Below, in pieces: positions 26,476 through 34,536 of a stretch of DNA of 64,000 nucleotides (positions within the stretch are counted from its first letter, which is position 1; every line of letters starts with the position of its first letter). Under the pieces are notes generated by a model that saw only the letters and a program-made list of their open reading frames with translations, did no database searches and was not told the DNA's origin. The stretch comes from Candidatus Eiseniibacteriota bacterium (lineage in GTDB: Bacteria > Eisenbacteria > RBG-16-71-46), in assembly GCA_963717935.1 (NCBI GenBank), contig CAVQXP010000004.1, positions 352,001 to 416,000 on the forward strand. The letters are read 5' to 3'. A program made the position numbers and the translations under genes.

Positions 26476-29400
26476 TCAGTCACGGGCCCGGACGGGTCCC
26501 GCAGCCCCCCCGCGCACCGGCAGGCCCGCCCGCGCCTCCCGCTCCACCTCCACCTTGGCCGTGGCCTTCGGCCGCTCGAGCTGGAGCACCTCGAAGTCCG
26601 GATCGGCCACCACGCGCTCGGGCTCGAAGCCACAGCGGATGACGATCTCCTTCGCCTCCTTCGGGCCGAGCACGACGGTCGTGCGCGCCGCGCGCCAGGG
26701 TTCCTCCTTCTTCTTCGCGTCGGCGAAGCGCACCCCGCGGACGGCCGCGATCTGCACGGGCATGCGACCGGTGCCGGCGTTCCGCACCCGGGCGCGGACC
26801 TCCCAGGCGTCGCCCCGCCGCGCCGCGCGCGCATCGCTCAGGCGGTACTCGGGCACGACGACCTCCCAGTACCACTGTGTCACAAACGCGTCGTAGGCCG
26901 TGGTGTCGGGCGCGTAGCGGCGCATGTGCGCGAGGTAGTCCTGAAGCACGGGATGATCCCGGCCGTCGCGCCACACGGCGATGAAGTCGCGCAGGCCCCG
27001 CAGCATCGGCTCCCGGCCCACGAGCCGCATCATCATCCACGCGACCCACCCGCCCTTGTCGTAGACGATGCGATTGTCGCCGGCGCGCGCCCCGTCGATC
27101 CGCGTGAGGGGGCGCTCGGAGTCGGCCTGTCGCGTGTTCGCGTACTGGTCCTCGATCTGGCGCAGGAAGGCCAGTTGCTGCTCGAGGCCCTTCAGTTGCC
27201 CGATGAGCAGGGTCGTCGAGAGATGCGACATGCCCTCGGACAGCACCACCGCTCCGGGGCGGTCGGCGGGGACGAGGATGTTGCCCCACCACTGGTGTGC
27301 GGCTTCGTGGGCCGTGACCCAGAACGCGGCGTCGGCCTTCGGCTCGCTCCTGGTGAGGAAGCCGATGCCCTCGGAGAACGTGATGTTGGTCGGCGAGCCC
27401 TGCGCGTAGTTCCTCAGGGCGGGGAACTCGCTGAGCCGCAGTTCCCGCCACGGGTAGGGCCCGAACCACTCCGAGTACCAGCGCCGCGAACCGGACAGCG
27501 CCTGCATCATGCCGTCGAGGTTGTAGGTGTGCGCCGGGTGGTGGTAGATGGTCACGCCCTCGCCGCGCCTCTCGGCCCAGCGGCCGGCGATCACGTTGAA
27601 CAGGTGCACGGGATGGTCGGTGACGTAGGTGAACGTGCGGCGGCCGCCGGCTGCGGCCTCGCTCTCGAGCACGCCGGTGGCGTTCACCCGGAACCCCTCG
27701 GGCACGGTCACGCGGATGCGCGTGTCGAACCACGTCTCCGCCAGCGGCAGCATCGCCGGCAGCGTGTCGCGCCAGACGTCGTCGGGGTACTGGCGCGGCT
27801 CGGGCCGGTCCTTCGCCTCGGGACCGATCTCCGGGTTGAACCCGAGCTGGGGCACGAGCGTGGGCCCGGTGAACCCGGTGAACACGGCGCTCGAGGGCAC
27901 GATGAACTCCATCGTCCCCGCGCCGTTGCGGCTGATGCCCATCGGGTAGCTCCCCCGGTAGCGGAAGCCCAGGCGCACGCGACCGCCCGTCGCCAGCGGC
28001 CGTGGCAGCGTGAAGACGTAGAGTCGCGAACGATCCTCGGGCTTGCACGGGGCGCCGTCCATCGTCCACGAGAGCGAGTCCCAGGAGACCCCGCCCGTGA
28101 GCGGGATCTGCGCGAGCGGCCGCCCGTTCAGGTTCACGAGATCGTAGTGGCCGGCCACGCGGAATTCACGGCGCGGCGGGTCGAGCACGAGGTCGAGGTC
28201 CACCGCGGCCATCGCGGGCAGCGGTGCGTTCGTCCAGGTCGCCGCGTTCTGCCGCCAGTAGTCCTTCGCCAGCTTCTTCATCCGGCGCCCCTCCCACCCC
28301 TGCTCCACCTGGAACCAGAGCACGGCCCAGATCGCCAGCGGCACGACCAGCAGCGGCACGAGTCCCAGCGCCCCGCGCGCGAGCGCGGCCGGTCGCAGCC
28401 GGTGCATGGCGCGCGTGGCGTCGGCCTCGAGCCGCGGGAAGAGGCGCACGGTGAGTACGATGAAGAACACCGTGAGCCCGAGCACCATCGCGCGGTTGAG
28501 GATCAGCGGCAGCCGGTCCAGCTCGAACACGCTCATGTCGCTCCAGCGCGTCGCGCTCCACAGGTCCCAGTTGAACGCCCAGTTCATCTTGCCGCGCATC
28601 TCGAAGAAACCGGTCAGGGTCATCGCGCCGAGGCCCAGGGCGTAGGTGGCGTAACGGCTGCCGGTGAGCGCGAAGAGCGCCATCGTGAACGCGGTCCAGA
28701 CCAGGAACGTGGGCGTGAGCAGCAGGCCCCAGCACAACAGGAACGGCTCGATGCGGAACGGCACCTTCCCCTGCACCGCGAGGAGGATGGCGTTGCCGGC
28801 GAGGGCGGTCAGGACGATGGCCAGCGCCACCACGGTGTTGGCCAGCGCCTTGCCCAGCAGCAGCGAGCCGGTGCGCAGCGGGGTGGCGTAGAAGATCGGG
28901 CCGAATCCGCTGCCGCGCTCGCGGTGCAGCGACTCCACCGTGTAGAAGAGCAGCAGCAGGCAGACCAGCAGCGTGAGCGTGTTCATCGCGTCCACGGCGA
29001 GCCCGCCCGGCGTCTGGAGCAGGGCCGTGTCGAAGGCGCCGACCCTGACCACGCTGCTCAGGGTCTGGGCCAGGATCATGGGCACGAACAGGTAGAGGCC
29101 GGGGTGCGTGCGCAGCTCGCGCAGCTCCACGCGCGCGACCTCCCACGCGCCGGAGAGGAAGCCGATGGCCTTCCAGCGCATCCCGAGCGACGCGAGCGGG
29201 GCCATCTCGGGCCGGGGCGCTCCGGCGTCGGGCAGGTCCGCCTCGAGGCGGGCGGCGCGGCCGCGGCGCACCGCTCTCGTACCGCGCAGCGTGGCGGCGA
29301 ACCGCCACTGCGTGAGCAGGACGGCCCCCAGGCCCAGGAACATCACCATCGCGCGGTTCGCCCAGAACAGGCCGTCGGTGCCGACTCCGGCGCGGTTGTA

Positions 29401-30132
29401 GAAGTCCACGCCGCGGTCCACGTTGAGCCAGGTCTCGTTGAGCCAGCGGATCCCGGTCGGGTCCAGCACCATGAGGAGGCCGTTGACGGCGGGGTTGAGC
29501 CACGACGGCGACCAGTTCCACACCAGGGTGATGCCCAGGACGATGGTCGCCACCGGGAACGCGAACACCAGGATCGGCATGCGCGTGAGCGTGCCCAGCG
29601 CGAGGCTCGTGCCGGCCATGCACAGCAGCGAGGGCAGCGCGAACAGCAGCAGGGGGCGCAGGTAGTTCGCTGCGACGAGCGGGCCGATCACCTCGGCGTT
29701 CTCGCCGTGGGGCACGCCGTGGTTGAACAGGACCATGAGTGCGACATTCCCCGCGAGCACCACGAGGAAGCCGGCCAGCGCGGCGGCGTACTTGCCCCAC
29801 ACGTACTCGGCCGGCGTGAGTGGCGTGGCGTGGAGCAACTCGCCGACCTTCAGCTCCTCGTCGCGGATCATGGTCATGCCGGCGGCCACGGCGACGAAGA
29901 AGGCGTAGATGATCCCCACCAGCATCGCGATGAGCTGCGCGATCGCGAATTCCGACGTGATCCAGGCCTTGGTTCCGCCCACCGCGCTGTTTCCCGAGCC
30001 GATCGAGGCGTTGCCCGTGGACATCGTGTAGGCGAGGAGACCGAGGATCAGGAAGAGGACCCACGGCAGCGGCCGCTGCAGGCTGTGGAGGAACTCCTGG
30101 CGGAAGACCTCGAAGAGACGCCGCGGGCTCAT
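26476..30132 (-). CDS. ABC-2 type permease (duplicated) fused to M1 aminopeptidase
   Basis: Two permease halves (ELLHATPL...GK; IFYATPL...LGK); C-terminal HEAAHQWWG...EG and YDKG motifs. Confidence 0.92.
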   Translation of the reverse strand: MSPRRLFEVFRQEFLHSLQRPLPWVLFLILGLLAYTMSTGNASIGSGNSAVGGTKAWITSEFAIAQLIAMLVGIIYAFFVAVAAGMTMIRDEELKVGELLHATPLTPAEYVWGKYAAALAGFLVVLAGNVALMVLFNHGVPHGENAEVIGPLVAANYLRPLLLFALPSLLCMAGTSLALGTLTRMPILVFAFPVATIVLGITLVWNWSPSWLNPAVNGLLMVLDPTGIRWLNETWLNVDRGVDFYNRAGVGTDGLFWANRAMVMFLGLGAVLLTQWRFAATLRGTRAVRRGRAARLEADLPDAGAPRPEMAPLASLGMRWKAIGFLSGAWEVARVELRELRTHPGLYLFVPMILAQTLSSVVRVGAFDTALLQTPGGLAVDAMNTLTLLVCLLLLFYTVESLHRERGSGFGPIFYATPLRTGSLLLGKALANTVVALAIVLTALAGNAILLAVQGKVPFRIEPFLLCWGLLLTPTFLVWTAFTMALFALTGSRYATYALGLGAMTLTGFFEMRGKMNWAFNWDLWSATRWSDMSVFELDRLPLILNRAMVLGLTVFFIVLTVRLFPRLEADATRAMHRLRPAALARGALGLVPLLVVPLAIWAVLWFQVEQGWEGRRMKKLAKDYWRQNAATWTNAPLPAMAAVDLDLVLDPPRREFRVAGHYDLVNLNGRPLAQIPLTGGVSWDSLSWTMDGAPCKPEDRSRLYVFTLPRPLATGGRVRLGFRYRGSYPMGISRNGAGTMEFIVPSSAVFTGFTGPTLVPQLGFNPEIGPEAKDRPEPRQYPDDVWRDTLPAMLPLAETWFDTRIRVTVPEGFRVNATGVLESEAAAGGRRTFTYVTDHPVHLFNVIAGRWAERRGEGVTIYHHPAHTYNLDGMMQALSGSRRWYSEWFGPYPWRELRLSEFPALRNYAQGSPTNITFSEGIGFLTRSEPKADAAFWVTAHEAAHQWWGNILVPADRPGAVVLSEGMSHLSTTLLIGQLKGLEQQLAFLRQIEDQYANTRQADSERPLTRIDGARAGDNRIVYDKGGWVAWMMMRLVGREPMLRGLRDFIAVWRDGRDHPVLQDYLAHMRRYAPDTTAYDAFVTQWYWEVVVPEYRLSDARAARRGDAWEVRARVRNAGTGRMPVQIAAVRGVRFADAKKKEEPWRAARTTVVLGPKEAKEIVIRCGFEPERVVADPDFEVLQLERPKATAKVEVEREARAGLPVRGGAAGPVRARD

Positions 30133-31067
30133 GACACTCGCCCGGCGGCGGCGCTCTCCCGGCGAGCGGCCGACGGGTCGGAGGAACCGTTCGCGCCGTT
30201 GGAGGCCCGCATCATGACGAGGTAGGCATCCTCGAGGGTCGGCGTCGCCGTCTCGAAGCCCGGCGGCGGCGCACCCGACGCATCGTGCACGCGGACGCGG
30301 TGGCGGCCCTCGACCAGGATCGCCTGCGTCACCGTGCGCTCGCGGCGCAGGGCCGGCAGCTCGGAGGGCGTCACCGTGCCCTCGAAGATCGCGCCGTCCA
30401 GCGCGGCGCGGGCCTCGCGCGGCGTGGTGTGCGCGATCAGGCGCCCGTGACGGATCACGGTGAAGCGCGGGCAGAGCACGGCGACGTCCTCGACGATGTG
30501 GGTCGAGAGGATGACGGTGCGGCCCTCGGCCAGCTCGGCGAGCAGATGGTAGAAGCGCAGGCGCTCCTCCGGATCGAGCCCGGCCGTGGGCTCGTCCACG
30601 ATCAGCAGCCGCGGGTCCCCGGCGATCGCCTGCGCGATGCCCAGGCGCTGGCGCATGCCGCCCGAGTAGGTCTTCACCCTGCGGCGGGCCGCGTACGAGA
30701 GGTTCACGCGCTCCAGCAGCTCGCCGGCGAGCTTCTGCTGCCCCACGGGCGCGGAGACGCCCTTCAGCCGGAGCAGGTGGACCAGCATCTGCTCGCCCGT
30801 CAGGTGGGGATAGAAGCCGAATTCCTGCGGCAGGTAGCCGAGTTGCGCCCGCAGACGCTCGGGGTGGGCGAGGACATCCTCACCGTCGAGCGTCAGGTGG
30901 CCGGAGGTGGGCTCGAGCAGCCCGGCGAGGATGCGCATGAGCGTGGACTTGCCCGCCCCGTTGGGCCCGAGCAGGCCGAACATGCCGAGCGGCACCTCGA
31001 GGTCGATGCCCTGCAGCGCCGCGACCGGACCGGGATAGACCTTGACCAGCGATTGGATGGACAGCAT
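30129..31067 (-). CDS. ABC transporter ATP-binding protein
   Basis: GPNGAGKST, YSGGMRQR, IVDEP and STH motifs; ATGA-coupled. Confidence 0.96.
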   Translation of the reverse strand: MLSIQSLVKVYPGPVAALQGIDLEVPLGMFGLLGPNGAGKSTLMRILAGLLEPTSGHLTLDGEDVLAHPERLRAQLGYLPQEFGFYPHLTGEQMLVHLLRLKGVSAPVGQQKLAGELLERVNLSYAARRRVKTYSGGMRQRLGIAQAIAGDPRLLIVDEPTAGLDPEERLRFYHLLAELAEGRTVILSTHIVEDVAVLCPRFTVIRHGRLIAHTTPREARAALDGAIFEGTVTPSELPALRRERTVTQAILVEGRHRVRVHDASGAPPPGFETATPTLEDAYLVMMRASNGANGSSDPSAARRESAAAGRVS

Positions 31068-31180
31068 GGACCACCTCGCAAGGAGAAGCCGGCGGCCCGG
31101 GTCGGGCCGTGATGGACAAGAGAACTACGCTCCCGGCGTCCGCGAAGTTGCCTTCGCCAGCCCGGACGCCGCGCGCCGAC

Positions 31181-32056
31181 CTACTTCGCCGCCGCGGAAT
31201 CGCCCGCGGCCGCGCCGGACACGCCGCCGGCGGGCGCGGCCACCGGCGCGCCCGCCGCGTCCAACTCGGCGTACGACGGCTCACTCGCGGTCCAGGAATG
31301 GGGGATGGCGAAGATCGCGAGCGTGACGAGCGCGGCGAACACGACCCACGCCTTCTCGAGCTTCGAACGTCCCACGGCGACCGCCGCGGCGATCCAGCCG
31401 AGGAAGGCGATGAGCGTCTTGCTGTCGGTGATGTCGTTGCCCACGGGGAAACCGGTCCACCATTCGCCGAACGCGTAGTGCGTGACGAACACGCCGATCA
31501 CCAGGCCGCCGATGAAGAGCGTCGCCAGCGTCCCCCAGGCGAGGCCCTGGAAGCGCGGCCTGGGGCTGAAGACCTCGAGACCGGCGCGTGTCGAGAGGAG
31601 CATCGCCAGGAAGATGAAGAAGATGTGCGGGACGAGCACTCCGGGCGGGACGTCCCCGCGGAAGCGGATGGCCGCGGGACGCCCGGCCGGGATGACGATC
31701 GTCTCGACGCCGCGTGTGAGCCGCACGCGATACCAAAGCTTGCCGGCGGGCGGCTGATGCGGCAGCTCGGCCACGAGCGCGTCCCCCTCGCGCCGCATCC
31801 GCACCGTGCTCCAGGAATCGTTCGAACGGTGGCGCTTCCACTCGGTGACGCCCGTGACGTCCTCGGGCAGCGCCCCGAGCTCGACCCGGTGGTCGCCCGG
31901 GCCGGCGTGCGTGCGGTCGAGCACGTAGTGGACGGCGGAGCCTCCGAGCGACGCCGTCCCGGACAGCTCGTAGGTCGGGCCGGTCGTGCGCTGCCAGCGC
32001 GCCGAGACGAGGGTGATGAGAAGGGCGATGATCCACAGCCAGACGGAACGGTTCAT
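31181..32056 (-). CDS. Conserved hypothetical membrane protein
   Basis: SD GAGGAGG; WQR.TGPT, LPHQPPAGK, RF.GDVP, WTG.P.G.D.TD.KT and IPHS motifs; 5 TMs. Confidence 0.8.
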   Translation of the reverse strand: MNRSVWLWIIALLITLVSARWQRTTGPTYELSGTASLGGSAVHYVLDRTHAGPGDHRVELGALPEDVTGVTEWKRHRSNDSWSTVRMRREGDALVAELPHQPPAGKLWYRVRLTRGVETIVIPAGRPAAIRFRGDVPPGVLVPHIFFIFLAMLLSTRAGLEVFSPRPRFQGLAWGTLATLFIGGLVIGVFVTHYAFGEWWTGFPVGNDITDSKTLIAFLGWIAAAVAVGRSKLEKAWVVFAALVTLAIFAIPHSWTASEPSYAELDAAGAPVAAPAGGVSGAAAGDSAAAK

Positions 32057-32345
32057 CGGGATCCTCCTCTGAAGTTGTCCTCCTTCGGTCCGGGATCGGT
32101 CGAGCGGGACCCGGATGGATTCAGCGCGGGCATGATAGAGGATGCCGCCCGCGGGGGGCCTGCATCCGGCGCCGGGTGCCCGAATTGGAGCGGATGCCGG
32201 CGCGCCGGGTCCACGGGGCGTGGGAGGCGCGGCCCGGGTACGGGAGAAGGCGGGCGTCAGACTCGGCGCTGGATACCCCGGGCGAATCGTCCGGCACGAG
32301 GAACAGCGGGGCGCCGTCCTCGCTATCTATCGTATCCAGCAGGAG

Positions 32346-32900
32346 TTAGGCGGCCCTGGAGCCCGATTCTCTTGCGGAGGTCCGCGGTGTGCGAGGGCGG
32401 GCACCCGCGATGGCGAGCATCGGCTCCCGCCCCGTCCGGCCGCCGTTCCGCCGGGGAGGGCGCTCTCGCAGGGCGCGCCAGGCACCGGCCAGCGCCAGCA
32501 GGACCGCAGCCGAGCCGAACCAGGGGGGCTCGGCGAAGAGCCTCAGGCACTCGAGACCGACCACGTGGAGTTGGAAGCCCGAGTCGGGCGAGGCCTGGGT
32601 CACCGAGAAGGCGCTGAACGCGAAGAGCGCCAGCAGGACTCCGGTGAACGCCAGGAGCGAGGCCGTGGCCCGGACCATCGTGTCCGCACGACGGCCGCCG
32701 TAGCGGCAGGCCCATGCGATCAGCCAGCCCAGACCGGGCGCGGCCGGCAGCGACCACACACCGAAGAGAGCGGCCAGCGCCGACCAGACCGTCGCCCCCA
32801 GGACCAGCGCCAGGATCCCGTAGAGCGTGGCGAGGGAGTGCTCCGGTTCGATCCGACCCGCTTCAGCGGAGGGGGTGTCCATCCAGGGGTTTTCGACCAC
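32346..32900 (-). CDS. Hypothetical membrane protein
   Basis: Four hydrophobic segments; start uncertain (32900 or 32882). Confidence 0.6.
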   Translation of the reverse strand: MVENPWMDTPSAEAGRIEPEHSLATLYGILALVLGATVWSALAALFGVWSLPAAPGLGWLIAWACRYGGRRADTMVRATASLLAFTGVLLALFAFSAFSVTQASPDSGFQLHVVGLECLRLFAEPPWFGSAAVLLALAGAWRALRERPPRRNGGRTGREPMLAIAGARPRTPRTSARESGSRAA

Positions 32901-32943
32901 CGCACGGGGGGGCTGAAGGGCCCTGTGGAGGGCTCGATCATCG

Positions 32944-32976
32944 TCACGATATTTCGTGACTCACGAGATATCGTGA
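32944..32976. promoter_or_regulatory. Tandem operator TCACGA-N4-TCGTGA x2
   Basis: TCACGATATTTCGTGA-C-TCACGAGATATCGTGA between divergent genes. Confidence 0.7.
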
Positions 32977-33005
32977 TGTAGGATGCGGCTGGAACGAGGG
33001 CCTCC

Positions 33006-33875
33006 ATGAACAGTCAAGCCGCCATCCTGCAATCACTTCACCCTGTATTGTCCACCCTGGTCGAGGCCGGCCTCGCGTCCTGCGACGGAGTGCTGTCACG
33101 AGCCTGGCTCGTAGGCCCCGGCGACAGCTGCGACTCGTGCCCGATGCGGCGCGAATGCCCGAGCCAGAGCACCTGCCTCCACCTGGCGGCAAGTGCCGGG
33201 ACCGAAGGCGACACGGTGGATCTGTTCCGCCGCATCCCCATCGGCACCGGCTCGCTCGGCCGGATCCCGGTGTCCCGCGACCCGCTGGTCGCGCGCACGG
33301 GCCTCGGCGCTCTGGGCGTGGCCGATCCGGCCTGGCTCACCCGGAACAAGGTGCACGCCGTCGCCGCCCTGCCCCTCGAACACGGCGAGCGCTGCATCGG
33401 AGTGCTCGCGGTCTTCTCCCGCGGCAAACTGCCCGAGGATCAGATGCGGCTCCTGGCGGCCTCGACCCGGCTGGGCGCCGAGGCCCTCGGGAATGTCGCG
33501 GCCTTCCGGGCTCTGGCAGCGGATCGCAACCACCTGGCCGCGAAGAACGCCCGGCTTCGTTCGGGCCTCGGCCTGCCAGCGGAGCCCGAACCGGCGCCGC
33601 CACCGCCGACTCCGAGGGTTGCTCAGCCGCCCCCGGCACCTCCTCCGTCCCCCGTTCAGCACCCCGGGACCAGTGCCACGCTTCAGATGGACGCGGCCAT
33701 CCCCTTGCCCTTGCGCAGCTTCGCCGAGGTCCAGCGGGAGGGCATCCTGCGGACGCTCGAGCGCACGGGCTGGCGTGTGAGTGGCCCGAAGGGCGCGGCG
33801 ATGGTGCTGGGGCTCAAGCCCACCACGCTCGAATCGAAGATGAAGAAGCTCGGCATCCACCGCCCACCGCGCTGA
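33006..33875 (+). CDS. FhlA-like GAF + Fis-HTH regulator lacking the AAA+ domain
   Basis: Cys-rich GAF (CDSCPMRRECPSQSTCLHL.ASAG), coiled coil, Pro linker, TGWRVSGPKGAA.LGLKPTTLES.MKKLGI. Confidence 0.8.
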   Translation: MNSQAAILQSLHPVLSTLVEAGLASCDGVLSRAWLVGPGDSCDSCPMRRECPSQSTCLHLAASAGTEGDTVDLFRRIPIGTGSLGRIPVSRDPLVARTGLGALGVADPAWLTRNKVHAVAALPLEHGERCIGVLAVFSRGKLPEDQMRLLAASTRLGAEALGNVAAFRALAADRNHLAAKNARLRSGLGLPAEPEPAPPPPTPRVAQPPPAPPPSPVQHPGTSATLQMDAAIPLPLRSFAEVQREGILRTLERTGWRVSGPKGAAMVLGLKPTTLESKMKKLGIHRPPR

Positions 33876-34106
33876 ACCCCTGCGGGGGCCGGGTCCCGCT
33901 ACGGACCCGTGCCGTGGCCCCGTCGATGAGCCCCCCCCACGACACCGTCTCCGACCTCCGTCTCGCCTCGCCGTCCACGCCGTTGGCACCTCCGTTAACT
34001 CCGTAAACGATTGTCGGAAAATCAATTAAGTTCTTGACTCCACTGCCCTCCCGCGACGTATTCGTGCCCCTGCCCGGCCCCGGGGTGAGGAAGGGAGGTG
34101 AGGAGG

Positions 34107-34475
34107 ATGAAGCAGAGCCGGAAAGTTCTCACGCTGTGCGCGGCGCTCGCCCTTGTCGCCGTCACCGCTGCAGCGCTCCCCGCGCTCGCGGCGCGCAAGT
34201 CGGATGCACCGGCCACGAGCACGTCGGCCAGGGCGAAGCAGACGACCCGCCAGTTCACGGGCATCGTGACCGCGCTGGACAAGACCAGTCTCACGGTCGA
34301 AAAGGGCGGCAAGAAGCCCGGCACGATGGTGTTCACCCGGCACGCCGAGATGCGTACGGTCGGCGATCTGGAGAAGGACGCCCGCGTGACGGTCTATTAC
34401 CGCGCGAATGGTCGTGAGACCATCGCCCTGCGGGTGGTGGTGAAGCCCGCGAACGGCGGCGCCAGCGAGCGCTGA
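34107..34475 (+). CDS. Small secreted OB-fold-like hypothetical protein
   Basis: SD GGAGG; signal peptide; FTG.VTA.D..SLTV...L..DARVTVYY. Confidence 0.75.
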   Translation: MKQSRKVLTLCAALALVAVTAAALPALAARKSDAPATSTSARAKQTTRQFTGIVTALDKTSLTVEKGGKKPGTMVFTRHAEMRTVGDLEKDARVTVYYRANGRETIALRVVVKPANGGASER

Positions 34476-34536
34476 CGAAGTCCCGGACCGGGCGGGCTCC
34501 CGCGCCCGGACCGGGCGGCGGGGCGCGGCACGCGGC

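Noticed and set aside
34482..34518. 14-bp direct repeat CCCGGACCGGGCGG x2 between convergent genes
   Set aside because: Only two low-complexity GC copies; plausible by chance or terminator-related.
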